Source of the DNA: an uncultured Gammaproteobacteria bacterium
GTDB taxonomy: Bacteria > Actinomycetota > Acidimicrobiia > Spongiisociales > SHLN01
DNA: 56,914 bases
Reading direction: 5' to 3'
Assembly (NCBI GenBank): GCA_964195005.1
Contig: CAXMOO010000089.1
Location: forward strand, 1 to 56,914
Shown here: one piece after another, positions 16,871-25,236 of the stretch
Layout: each line of letters starts with the position of its first letter
Position numbering within the stretch: the first letter of the stretch is position 1
The notes under the pieces: generated by a model
Database searches by the model: none
What the model was told of the DNA's origin: nothing
What the model saw: the letters and a program-made list of their open reading frames with translations, nothing else
Position numbers and translations under genes: made by a program

Positions 16871-18625
16871 ATGCCCCCGGTGGAGTACCAGGCCTTCTAT
16901 CGCAAGTACCGGCCTCAGTCTTTTTCTGAGATAGTCGGTCAAGCTCATGTGACGTCCACGTTGCTGCGCGAGGTGGTCGAGGGAAAGGTCAGCCACGCCT
17001 ACCTGTTTGCCGGTCCCCGTGGAACCGGCAAGACGTCAACGGCACGGGTCCTGGCCAAGGCTCTCAACTGCCAGGACCGGGCGCCGGGAGGCGAACCATG
17101 CAATGTCTGCAGCTCGTGTGTCGGTGTCACTGAAGGCTCGTCCCTCGACGTCATCGAGCTCGACGCCGCCAGCCACAACAAGGTCGAGGATATTCGGGAG
17201 ATTCGAGTGAACGTCGGGACCGTCGCGTCCGTTTCGGGAGCCCGCCGTGTCTACATCCTTGATGAGGCGCACATGCTGTCACGAGCCGCCTCCAATGCCC
17301 TATTGAAGACCCTGGAGGAGCCTCCCGAGCACGTCCACTTTGTGCTCGCGACCACCGAGCCTTACAAATTGCTCGACACCGTCCGATCCCGCAGCCAACG
17401 TTTCGACTTCCATCCCATCGGCGTCGAAATCATGAGCGACTACCTGGGGACGATCGCCCGCCGGGAAGACTTCTCGGCAACTGGCGAGGGACTTACCGCC
17501 ATCGCCCGTCATGCCCGGGGATCAATCCGGGATGGAATCAGCTTGCTCGAGCAGGTCGCGGCCTTGGGAGATGGCTCGATTGACGTGCCGGGTGTTTCAG
17601 CCGCCCTGGGTTTGGTGGGCTTCGAGGCGTTCGACCGCCTCGCCAATGCCATCGTTGACGACGACCCCAAAGCCGGGCTCGAGCTAGTGGCCGAGATCGT
17701 GTCGGCGGGCTTCGATCTGCGCAGGTTCGTGTCTGAAGCCCTGGCTTACTTCCGGGGTGTCTTTCTTGCCCACTATGCCCCCAATATTGAAGAGATAGTT
17801 GATGAGTCGCCGGACCGCATCGACCAGTGGCGGCAGATGGCACGTCACATGCCGGCCGGAGACGTGATCCAAGCTATCGACCAGCTGTCAGAGGCCCTGC
17901 TTCGACTGAGGGAGGGTCGCGAGGAGCGTCTGGTCGTAGAACTAGCAGTCATTCGTCTAACGCGGCACGACACTGCGGCGGACCCGGTCTCGCTTGCTGC
18001 CCGGCTGGCCCGGCTCGAGGATCGCATCAACCAGCAGGGCGGCGCCGTCGCGCTAGCCCCCACCGATAGCCCTACCCCAGGGGCTGCTGAGCCAGCGTCG
18101 ACCACTCCCGATCCGCCACGTCGCAGAAGGAAGTCGGTCGGGGAAGAGTCGCCCAAGAGGGTTGAAACTACGGCTTTGCAGGATGATGGACCGAAAGCAG
18201 CTAGAGATATGGCACCGGCCCAGCTGACGATGAAGGCTGTGGAGTCGTCATGGCCGGCATTGGTCGGAAAGGTGCGGGCTGCCGCCGGCGTTCGTCGCTA
18301 CACCCTGCTGAAGGAGGCGGCCCCGGGGGAAGTGGAAGGCAATCAGCTCACGCTTCATGTCCCGGCTCACCTGACCTTTCACCTCGAGTCTCTCCAGGAG
18401 GACCAGGCACTGAGAGCCCTTGTCGAAGAAGCTGCCTCGGAGTTGCTCGAAGGGCGAGTTCGGGTTGTGTATAGCCCGGGTCCGATCGCCGAGACAGATG
18501 TGGCCGAGGTGACACCGTTGCGAGCTCCGGAAGCTCATGAGTTGACCGACGCCGTTGAAGGAGGCATTGACCCGACCGACCTGGTCAAGGACCTGCTCGG
18601 CGGTGAAGTAGTGGAGCCCCAGTGA
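16871..18625 (+). CDS. dnaX: DNA polymerase III subunit gamma/tau
   Basis: 584 aa. YQAFYRKYRPQSFSEIVGQ...GPRGTGKTSTARVLAKALNC...C..C..C...ILDEAHML. It sits in the conserved dnaX-ybaB-recR order. Confidence 0.95.
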   Translation: MPPVEYQAFYRKYRPQSFSEIVGQAHVTSTLLREVVEGKVSHAYLFAGPRGTGKTSTARVLAKALNCQDRAPGGEPCNVCSSCVGVTEGSSLDVIELDAASHNKVEDIREIRVNVGTVASVSGARRVYILDEAHMLSRAASNALLKTLEEPPEHVHFVLATTEPYKLLDTVRSRSQRFDFHPIGVEIMSDYLGTIARREDFSATGEGLTAIARHARGSIRDGISLLEQVAALGDGSIDVPGVSAALGLVGFEAFDRLANAIVDDDPKAGLELVAEIVSAGFDLRRFVSEALAYFRGVFLAHYAPNIEEIVDESPDRIDQWRQMARHMPAGDVIQAIDQLSEALLRLREGREERLVVELAVIRLTRHDTAADPVSLAARLARLEDRINQQGGAVALAPTDSPTPGAAEPASTTPDPPRRRRKSVGEESPKRVETTALQDDGPKAARDMAPAQLTMKAVESSWPALVGKVRAAAGVRRYTLLKEAAPGEVEGNQLTLHVPAHLTFHLESLQEDQALRALVEEAASELLEGRVRVVYSPGPIAETDVAEVTPLRAPEAHELTDAVEGGIDPTDLVKDLLGGEVVEPQ

Positions 18626-18635
18626 CCCGCAGAGG

Positions 18636-19004
18636 TTGCTGACCCCTACTACCCTCGCCGCTATGGGACGCCTACCAACAGACATGCAGAAGCTGCTGGA
18701 GCAAGCCGCCGCTATGCAGGCCAAAATGCAGGAAGCGCAGGCTGCCACTGCCGATCAGGAGTTCGAAGGCACCGCCGGTGGCGGGGTCGTAAAGGCAGTT
18801 GTCAAAGGCTCAGGCCAATTGGTTTCGATCACCTTTGATCCCGCAGTCCTCGATCCAGAGGATCCCGAGTTGGTGGGCGACCTTGCTGTGGCCGCTGTTA
18901 ACCAGGCTCAAGCTGCGGCCAACGATGCGCTGGCAGGAGGAATTAGCGACGCGGCGGATGGGCTCGACCTCGACGGGCTCGGGCTCGGCGGGCTCCTCGA
19001 CTAA
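18636..19004 (+). CDS. ybaB: YbaB/EbfC family nucleoid-associated protein
   Basis: ...[19 protein letters not shown]...[27 protein letters not shown]. The start is uncertain: TTG 18636, ATG 18663 or ATG 18684, all in frame. Confidence 0.85.
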   Translation: MLTPTTLAAMGRLPTDMQKLLEQAAAMQAKMQEAQAATADQEFEGTAGGGVVKAVVKGSGQLVSITFDPAVLDPEDPELVGDLAVAAVNQAQAAANDALAGGISDAADGLDLDGLGLGGLLD

Positions 19005-19006
19005 CG

Positions 19007-19600
19007 ATGTTCGAACCTCCGGTTCAAAGGCTCATCGACGAGCTGGCCCGACTTCCTGGAATCGGCCGCAAGAGCGCCCAGCGCCTCGCCTTCCACATAC
19101 TCAATGCCGAGGAGGTAGATGCCGAGCGGCTGGCTAATGCGATCCTCGATATGAGACGCCAGGTGGGCTTATGTGAGCGGTGTTTCAATGTGGCGGCGGG
19201 CGTTGAATGCACGATATGTCTTGATACCCGTCGCGATCCATCGGTGGTTTGTGTTGTCGAGCGAGCACAGGACATTGTGGTCATGGAAAAGACACGGGAA
19301 TTCAGTGGGCGCTACCACGTTCTCGGCGGTTCGATTTCTCCCATTGCCGGCATCGGGCCAGATCAGTTGCATTTCCGAGAGCTCCTGGCCCGGGTCGACG
19401 CAGAAGGCCTCAAGGAGGTGATCGCCGCTACAAACCCGACAGTGGAAGGTGACGCCACGGCTTTGTACATTGCTCGGGTGCTCAAGCCGCTTGGCGTGAA
19501 AGTGACCCGCCTGGCAAGTGGTCTTCCGGTGGGCGGTGACCTCGACTACGCCGACGAGCTGACCCTGGGCCGGGCCCTGGTGGGCCGCCAAGAGCTCTAG
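19007..19600 (+). CDS. recR: recombination protein RecR
   Basis: 197 aa. [22 protein letters not shown] is the HhH motif, CERCFN...C.IC is the zinc finger, and a Toprim region follows. Confidence 0.95.
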   Translation: MFEPPVQRLIDELARLPGIGRKSAQRLAFHILNAEEVDAERLANAILDMRRQVGLCERCFNVAAGVECTICLDTRRDPSVVCVVERAQDIVVMEKTREFSGRYHVLGGSISPIAGIGPDQLHFRELLARVDAEGLKEVIAATNPTVEGDATALYIARVLKPLGVKVTRLASGLPVGGDLDYADELTLGRALVGRQEL

Positions 19601-19622
19601 TTCTTTCCCGGTTTCTCTGTCC

Positions 19623-19681
19623 TCCTGGGAGAGGACCGCTTGAGCGAAGCGAAGGCGAGGAGGGGTCTTGCTCCTCTCCCA
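19623..19681 (+). repeat. structured G/C-rich repeat (family 2), copy 1, 23 nt downstream of the recR stop
   Basis: The core tcctgggagaggaccgcttgagcgaagcgaaggcgaggagggg is 42/43 identical to the reverse complement of 51660..51702. The stem TGGGAGAGGA (19626-35) pairs with TCCTCTCCCA (19672-81). Confidence 0.75.
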
Positions 19682-19794
19682 CGGAGTGAAACGAAGTGGG
19701 GGAGGCTGGGCGGGGGTAGTTTCCAACAGCGGCGCCCTGAGTGAAGCGTTGGTGAGACCCGAGAGTTGCAGTAAGAGCGGGTCCGGCCGCGCAT

Positions 19795-20001
19795 CGAACC
19801 AGCAGTTGATTGTTGGGCACCGCCTTGTGCAAGGTCACCCGGAGGCAACAATTGTGGTGACGGCAAGCTGCCGGCATTCCTGCCGTTGGCGGGCACCACC
19901 CACCTTTGCTCGCCTTCCCCTCCCACTGCCTGCGAAGACTCCGCTAGGCAGGAGGGGATAAGCCGGCCAGACCAGCACCGAACCAGCAGTTGTTGTTGGG
20001 C
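19795..20001 (+). repeat. pair of direct repeats cgaaccagcagttg(a)ttgttgggc (19795..19818 and 19979..20001)
   Basis: The copies are 23 and 24 nt, differ by one indel, and lie 184 nt apart inside the recR/thiolase intergenic region. Confidence 0.6.
19917..19960 (+). repeat. structured G/C-rich repeat (family 3), copy 1
   Basis: cccctcccactgcctgcgaagactccgctaggcaggaggggata resembles 37141..37184 (ctcccactccgctccgaagactcccctccgcaggaggggat). It contains CCTGC/GCAGG and CCCCT/AGGGG pairings. Confidence 0.6.
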
Positions 20002-20019
20002 TGAGGGCGAAGGAGAAAG

Positions 20020-20056
20020 CTAGGGCGCAGGAACTCTCACGATCATCGCGTCGCCT
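20020..20056 (-). repeat. orphan duplicate of the last 37 bp of the thiolase gene, including its stop codon
   Basis: ctagggcgcaggaactctcacgatcatcgcgtcgcct is 37/37 identical to 20133..20169 (the codons for GDAMIVRVPAP*). Confidence 0.9.
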
Positions 20057-20132
20057 GCTTGTTGGCTCTTCGCCTGGTAGGTCATCGCAGTGTCGATGGG
20101 GCCCCAACCCCATCGACCGGCGACGCTCCGTC
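20057..20132 (+). mobile_element. 76-bp hairpin-containing insertion-like element (family 1), copy A
   Basis: The core ttggctcttcgcctggtaggtcatcgcagtgtcgatggggccccaaccccatcgaccggcg is homologous to 47510..47570. It has a 10-bp perfect stem, GTCGATGGGG (20092-101) with CCCCATCGAC (20108-117). It is flanked by 37-bp direct repeats. Confidence 0.55.
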
Positions 20133-21320
20133 CTAGGGCGCAGGAACTCTCACGATCATCGCGTCGCCTTGGCCGCCGCCGCCGCAGAGCGATGCTCCGC
20201 CGATGCCGCCGCCTTGATGGCGCAGCGCGTTGATCAACGTAACGATCAAGCGCGCTCCTGTCGCACCCAGCGGATGTCCGAGGGCAACCGCACCGCCGTT
20301 GACGTTTACCTTGTCATGCGGAAGATCGAGCATCTTGGCAGACCACAATGCCACCCCACTGAAGGCCTCGTTGATCTCCACCAGATCGAGGTCGGCGGGG
20401 GACAAGTCCGCCGTCTTGAGAGCCGTCTTCAGCGCCTCGGCGGGCCGTTCATGCAGGGTGGCGTCGACGCCGCCGATCTGCCCGTAGGAAAGAATCTCGG
20501 CCAGGACGGGTAATCCTTCAGCATCTGCGGCATCAGCGTCGGCCACCACAACCGCAGCTGCGCCGTCGGAAATCTGCGAGGCGTTGCCTGCCGTGATCGT
20601 GCCCTCAGCGCTGAAAGAGGCTTTGAGTGCGCCCAGGGTCTCAGCCGTGGAGTCGGGTCGGATGCCCTCGTCCCGGTCGACGGTCACCGGGTTACCTCGT
20701 CGCTGGGCCACTTCCACAGGGACGATCTCGTCAATAAAGGCGCCTTGGGAGGCCGACGCCGCTCGCTGATGGCTGGCGGCGGCCCACTCGTCCTGTTCGG
20801 ACCGGTCGATGCCGAGTCGGGCGCTATTCACATCGGACTGGGCCCCCATCGTGCACTGATCGAAGGAACAGAAAAGACCATCGTGTTCCAGCGCGTCGAT
20901 GATCCGGCCCTCGCCGTAGCCCATGCCGTATCGACCCTCGGGCAGAAGGTAGGGGGCTCCGGTCATTGACTCCATGCCGCCGGCGACGACAAACGTCGCT
21001 TCCCCCAGCCGGATGTCTTTGTCGGCCCAGCCGATGGCCGTCATCCCCGACAAGCACACTTTGTTGATGGTCGTGGCAGGCACCGTCAATGGGACTCCAG
21101 CCTTGGCGGCGGCCTGGCGGCTGGTGATTTGGCCGGTCCCGGCCTGGATGACGTGGCCAAACAGGACCTCGTCGATCTTCTCAGCTCTCAACCCGGCGCG
21201 TTCTAACGCGGCGCGGATGGCCACGGCTCCCAGGTCGACCGCCGATACGTTACGGAAGACGCCCCCGAACTTGCCAATCGGCGTGCGGGCAATGGAGGTA
21301 ATAACCGAGCTCATCGTCAA
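20133..21320 (-). CDS. acetyl-CoA C-acetyltransferase (thiolase II)
   Basis: 395 aa. ...INKVCLSGM... holds the active-site Cys. NVNGGAVALGHPLGATGARL and GGASLCGGGGQGDAM are the C-terminal thiolase signatures. Confidence 0.92.
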   Translation of the reverse strand: MTMSSVITSIARTPIGKFGGVFRNVSAVDLGAVAIRAALERAGLRAEKIDEVLFGHVIQAGTGQITSRQAAAKAGVPLTVPATTINKVCLSGMTAIGWADKDIRLGEATFVVAGGMESMTGAPYLLPEGRYGMGYGEGRIIDALEHDGLFCSFDQCTMGAQSDVNSARLGIDRSEQDEWAAASHQRAASASQGAFIDEIVPVEVAQRRGNPVTVDRDEGIRPDSTAETLGALKASFSAEGTITAGNASQISDGAAAVVVADADAADAEGLPVLAEILSYGQIGGVDATLHERPAEALKTALKTADLSPADLDLVEINEAFSGVALWSAKMLDLPHDKVNVNGGAVALGHPLGATGARLIVTLINALRHQGGGIGGASLCGGGGQGDAMIVRVPAP

Positions 21321-21430
21321 ATATTAGGTCTTGAGCGGGGTTTCTCTCTATGGCCCGGCCCGGTGGGCTACCGCAGAGCTTCCCCGAGGGCCTACGATCG
21401 TGATGTCCGGGAGTTCGAAGAAGGGCCCTG

Positions 21431-21835
21431 ATGTTCCTGATCAACCTTCACCACGTGGGAATCGCGGTTGCCGATCTCGACGCCTCGCTGGCCGAATATC
21501 AACGCCAGTACGGTGTGGAGCCTACCCATCGCGAGGTGGTGGAGAGCCAGGGCGTTGAGGAAGCCATGATTCCCCTTGGCGGCTCCTACGTGCAGCTGCT
21601 GCAGCCGCTGGCGCCGCACACCCCCGTGGGCCGCTTTCTCGAGAAGCGAGGCGAGGGAGTTCATCACGTCGCCTATGCCGTCGTCGATCTCAAACAGGCC
21701 CTGGCCCATCTAGAGGCGGAGGGTGTGGAGCTGATCGACAAGGAGCCGCGTACCGGCGGTGGAGGTACCAGAATCGCCTTTGTACACCCGCGAGCCCTGG
21801 CCGGGACGCTCATCGAGCTCGTGGAGCTGCAATGA
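21431..21835 (+). CDS. mce: methylmalonyl-CoA epimerase
   Basis: 134 aa. LHHVGIAVADLDASLAEY...VEEAMIPLGGSYVQLLQPL...PVGRFLEKRGEGVHHVAY.V.D matches the VOC-type epimerase pattern. Confidence 0.85.
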   Translation: MFLINLHHVGIAVADLDASLAEYQRQYGVEPTHREVVESQGVEEAMIPLGGSYVQLLQPLAPHTPVGRFLEKRGEGVHHVAYAVVDLKQALAHLEAEGVELIDKEPRTGGGGTRIAFVHPRALAGTLIELVELQ

Positions 21836-22044
21836 ACGTTGAACTTGACATAGTCGGTGGAGCCGACGAGAACGAAACGGCCGCCATCCTGGCAGCTATT
21901 CAGGCCTTGATTGCCGAGGAGGAGGAGGCGATCAGGGCGGCTACGGCACCTTCCCGTTGGAAAGCGGCTCCCCGAAGGTTTCCGCGCGATCCTTGGAAGA
22001 TCGAATCGCCAGAGTCCAATGTGGGAGATCCCGCGTCCGACTAG
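21832..22044 (+). CDS. small protein, possibly acyl-CoA carboxylase epsilon subunit-like
   Basis: 70 aa, with an ATGA overlap on the mce stop. ...ENETAAILAAIQALIAEEEEA...PSRWKAA resembles AccE/PccE-type peptides. The call is tentative. Confidence 0.4.
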   Translation: MNVELDIVGGADENETAAILAAIQALIAEEEEAIRAATAPSRWKAAPRRFPRDPWKIESPESNVGDPASD

Positions 22045-22106
22045 GAGCCTGCTGAGTGATGGCTGGTCGTCGAAATCGGCGACATGTTTTGCTCAGTGGG
22101 CTCCTA
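22042..22106. terminator. long hairpin whose base is formed by the two convergent stop codons
   Basis: TAGGAGCCTGCTGAG (22042-56) pairs with CTCAGTGGGCTCCTA (22092-106), giving 15 bp including 2 G-U pairs. TAG 22042-44 ends the + gene and CTA 22104-06 is the stop of the - gene. Confidence 0.55.
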
Positions 22107-23384
22107 GGCGATCTTGCGGGTCGGTTCGACGATCTGGGCCGGGGGGGCATGTGGGACTGGCAGGCGCAACGAGAACTTGGCCCCCCGGGGAAACGCATCC
22201 TCATACCAGAGCTCTCCGCCCATTGAACGGATGAGTTCTCTAGCGATCGGAAGCCCCAGTCCCACGCCATCCTCCGTGCGGTTGTCACCTTTTCCGACTT
22301 GCTCGAAGTGATCAAAGATGCGTTCCTGGTCTTCAGCCGGCACCCCGGTCCCGTTGTCGGTGATCGAGATGATGAAGAAGCCGTCGCGTTCTTCGCCGTC
22401 GACAAGGACCTCCTCGCCCCCGTACTTCCTGGCGTTGCCAAGCAGGTTGCGAAGAACCTGCTCCACTCGTCGCGGGTCTGCCATAACCGTGTGGCCGGCC
22501 GGGAGGACAACCCGCGCGTCGCGGCTGACTTCGTCCGGAAACACCAGCGAGATTATGCGGTGGGCGAGCGGGGCCGGGTCAAAGGCCTCGTTGTTGATCG
22601 TGAGCTTGCCGGCCTCGAGCCGGGGGATGATGAGTATGTCCTCGACGAGGTCGCGCAGGTGGGAAGCTTGATCATTGATGATTCCGAGGAACTCGCTGAT
22701 TTCCTCGCTCTGCAGTTCTTTCCAACCTGATTCGAGCGTGTCGGCGAATCCGGCGATCGATGTGAGCGGAGTGCGTAATTCATGGCTGACCATGGACACG
22801 AACTGGTCCTTTACGAGGTTGGTTTGCCGCTCGCTGGCCAGCAACTGTCGCTCGACATGGCGGATCTTATGCAGGGAGCTACTAGAAGCGGCAACAATTA
22901 TTGCGGTCATCGTAAGAAAGAGAATTGCCACGACAACGTTCACCACTCCATCGTCCACTGCCTCGGAGAGCGGGGCCGGAGAGAAGAAATGTGCCGCCGT
23001 CGCAAGTGAGGCCAGGTAGACCAGCAGGGGAACCGCCACCTTCGGCGGAGTTAGCAGGAAGGCAGAGACGATTACGTATGGTGCGGCCGCCAGCAGGAGG
23101 GTCGGCCAGGTTCCTGTGAGGAAGAGCACGGTGCCGATCGCGGTGGCGTCGACGACGACGATTAGCAGCACCGGGGGCTGGGTCTTACCCCAGCGTCGCA
23201 GGGTGACGAAACCGACGATCAGCAGCAAGGCCGACGCGACGAGCATCGCTTCGAGCCCGAGTTGCCGGCTCATGACCACAACCGCGACGGCTGCAAGCAA
23301 CCAGTTGGCGCTACGGGCAGTGTTGATCGTCGGCCCGATGTCGTCGTATTTGGGAAGACCGGGAGCGGACGCGTCCATTTCCAC
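22104..23384 (-). CDS. membrane sensor histidine kinase (no adjacent response regulator)
   Basis: 426 aa with an N-terminal multi-TM region. The H-box is FVSMVSHELRTPLTSI. The N- and G-boxes are LLGNARKYG and GVGLGLPIAREL. Confidence 0.9.
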   Translation of the reverse strand: MEMDASAPGLPKYDDIGPTINTARSANWLLAAVAVVVMSRQLGLEAMLVASALLLIVGFVTLRRWGKTQPPVLLIVVVDATAIGTVLFLTGTWPTLLLAAAPYVIVSAFLLTPPKVAVPLLVYLASLATAAHFFSPAPLSEAVDDGVVNVVVAILFLTMTAIIVAASSSSLHKIRHVERQLLASERQTNLVKDQFVSMVSHELRTPLTSIAGFADTLESGWKELQSEEISEFLGIINDQASHLRDLVEDILIIPRLEAGKLTINNEAFDPAPLAHRIISLVFPDEVSRDARVVLPAGHTVMADPRRVEQVLRNLLGNARKYGGEEVLVDGEERDGFFIISITDNGTGVPAEDQERIFDHFEQVGKGDNRTEDGVGLGLPIARELIRSMGGELWYEDAFPRGAKFSLRLPVPHAPPAQIVEPTRKIA

Positions 23385-23413
23385 TCCTGTATCGACCGTT
23401 TACGAGCAAACTT

Positions 23414-24253
23414 TTAGTGTCGCGCTTCTGCTAATTCCTGCCAGACTTCACGGCCGACCGAGAGGTCACCGTACCCCCGCCCGATTTCGAGGCCCGGTTT
23501 GTAGGTGCCGTGGTAATCGGATCCACCTGAGGGCACCAGGCCAACATCCCTGGCACGTTCCACAAGCTCGAGCCGGGTGTCCGGCTCGTATTCGGGGTAG
23601 TAGCACTCGAGTCCCACCAGACCGTGGCGGGCTAAGCGCCGCAGCTCCTGATCGAGGGTTGTGCCGGTCATCCCCAGTGTGTGGGGGTGGGCGACAATCG
23701 GAACGGCCCCCGATGCCCTGGCCAATTCGATCGCCTCTTCCGGTGGCAAGCGGTATCGCTCAACGTAGGCCGCCCGCCCCGAAGCCAGGTACAGGTCGAA
23801 CGCCTCCGGGATCGAGCCCACCACTCCCTTGCGAACCAGGACGGCTGCCACATGGGGGCGTCCAACACCCGTGCCACCGGCTTCGGCCACCACCTCCTCG
23901 TATGAGATATCCACGTCGAGCTTCTGCAGCAACTCGATCAGGTCGACGTTGCGTTGTCTACGGCCGGCCTGCAAAATCTCGAGCCGGTCTTGCAGCGGTC
24001 CCGGGCCCGGTTCCAGCCACAGCACCACCAGGTGCATGCCTCCAGGTTGCCACTCGCAGGACAACTCCACTCCAGGAATCAGCTCCACCTCGCTGGCGTC
24101 GGCTGCTGCGGCAGCTTCGAGGACGCCGTTGAGGTTGTCATGGTCGGTAAGTGCCACGGCTTCCAATCCGGCCGCAGCGGCGGCGGACACGATCTCGGCG
24201 GGACTGTCTGACCCGTCCGAGTAGGTGCTGTGGGTGTGGAGATCGACCGCCAT
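23414..24253 (-). CDS. PHP domain metal-dependent phosphoesterase (TrpH/YciV-like)
   Basis: 279 aa. MAVDLHTHSTYSDGSDSP...ALTDHDN...AHP.. Confidence 0.85.
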   Translation of the reverse strand: MAVDLHTHSTYSDGSDSPAEIVSAAAAAGLEAVALTDHDNLNGVLEAAAAADASEVELIPGVELSCEWQPGGMHLVVLWLEPGPGPLQDRLEILQAGRRQRNVDLIELLQKLDVDISYEEVVAEAGGTGVGRPHVAAVLVRKGVVGSIPEAFDLYLASGRAAYVERYRLPPEEAIELARASGAVPIVAHPHTLGMTGTTLDQELRRLARHGLVGLECYYPEYEPDTRLELVERARDVGLVPSGGSDYHGTYKPGLEIGRGYGDLSVGREVWQELAEARH

Positions 24254-24277
24254 GACCTAGTAACGCTGGCAGGCCTC

Positions 24278-25147
24278 CTAGCCCACCGTTATTTCCACGC
24301 TCTCGATGTAGATAGATTGAAGCGGACGCGACACTTCCCCACCGTGGTTGGGGCCGAGAGGAATCGCCAGGATGTCGACAATGGCGGGCTGGGTCGGGTC
24401 GAAGCTGCCGAAAATGGTGAAGTCGGTGTTGAGCCCCGAATCCCCAACGGTGAGAAACATCTGACTCCCGTTGGTGTCGGGCCCGCTGTTGGCCATGGCG
24501 AGGACTCCGGCGATGTAGGACGTTCCGTCCGGGGGGAGCTCGTCGTCAAATCGATAGCCGGGGCCGCCGGTGCCGGTTCCGGTGGGATCACCCATTTGGA
24601 TGACGAATCCTGGCACCAGGCGATGGGCGGGAGTCCCGTCAAAGTAGCCCTGGCGGGCCAGGAACACGAAGCTATTTACAGCCTGCGGAGCCCGGCTCGG
24701 GTCCAGATCCAGAGTGATATCCCCACATGACGTCTTGATGATCGCCGTGACCACAGCATCAGAAGCCAGGCCCTGGTCTTCGGGCTCATCGAAGCTCAAT
24801 GTCGCCGGCGGGGGTGGTGCTGTTCCCCCGCAGGCCGTCTCTTGCGAAGCAAAGAGCTCGTAACTGGTGGCCGTCGGGACATCGTCAACGATTGAGATTG
24901 TGGTTGTGGTTTCGCCCCCCGCTGTCGTGGTCGACCCGGCTGTCGTGGTAGTCGTGGTCGTCGCGGCGTCAGGTTCGTCATCGCCCTCGCTCAGCAGCGA
25001 AAGGAGAAATGCTCCGCCGAAGACCACGACGACCACGATCACAACGTTGCGTGCCAGGCGCTTGCGTCGTTTCCACTGTGCCGCTTTGTGTTCTGCCGCC
25101 AGGCGAACTGCCCGGTTCTCCTTTTGTCTCTGCCGCTTTTCGCTCAT
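24278..25147 (-). CDS. membrane-anchored cyclophilin-type peptidyl-prolyl cis-trans isomerase
   Basis: 289 aa with an N-terminal TM segment and a Thr-rich linker (ATTTTTTTAGSTTTAGGETTTT). The cyclophilin core reads FHRLVPGFVIQMGDPTGTGTGGPGY.FDDE...GVLAMANSGPDTNGSQMF. Confidence 0.9.
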   Translation of the reverse strand: MSEKRQRQKENRAVRLAAEHKAAQWKRRKRLARNVVIVVVVVFGGAFLLSLLSEGDDEPDAATTTTTTTAGSTTTAGGETTTTISIVDDVPTATSYELFASQETACGGTAPPPPATLSFDEPEDQGLASDAVVTAIIKTSCGDITLDLDPSRAPQAVNSFVFLARQGYFDGTPAHRLVPGFVIQMGDPTGTGTGGPGYRFDDELPPDGTSYIAGVLAMANSGPDTNGSQMFLTVGDSGLNTDFTIFGSFDPTQPAIVDILAIPLGPNHGGEVSRPLQSIYIESVEITVG

Positions 25148-25236
25148 GAGCCAGGGATCTTATCCGCTAGAAGCTCTTCGCCTCTGCGAATCCCCGCATG
25201 CTCAGTCCAGAGTCCCTCAAGCTCTACACTCGGCCA

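Noticed and set aside
16871-18625. Looked for a programmed -1 frameshift site (A AAA AAG type) in dnaX that would produce a gamma subunit.
   Set aside because: No A-rich slippery heptamer is visible by eye anywhere in the gene.
23116-24132. 338-aa ORF on the + strand, antisense to the histidine kinase and PHP genes.
   Set aside because: It is extremely Arg/Pro/Ser-rich with no motifs, and it overlaps two well-supported minus-strand genes.
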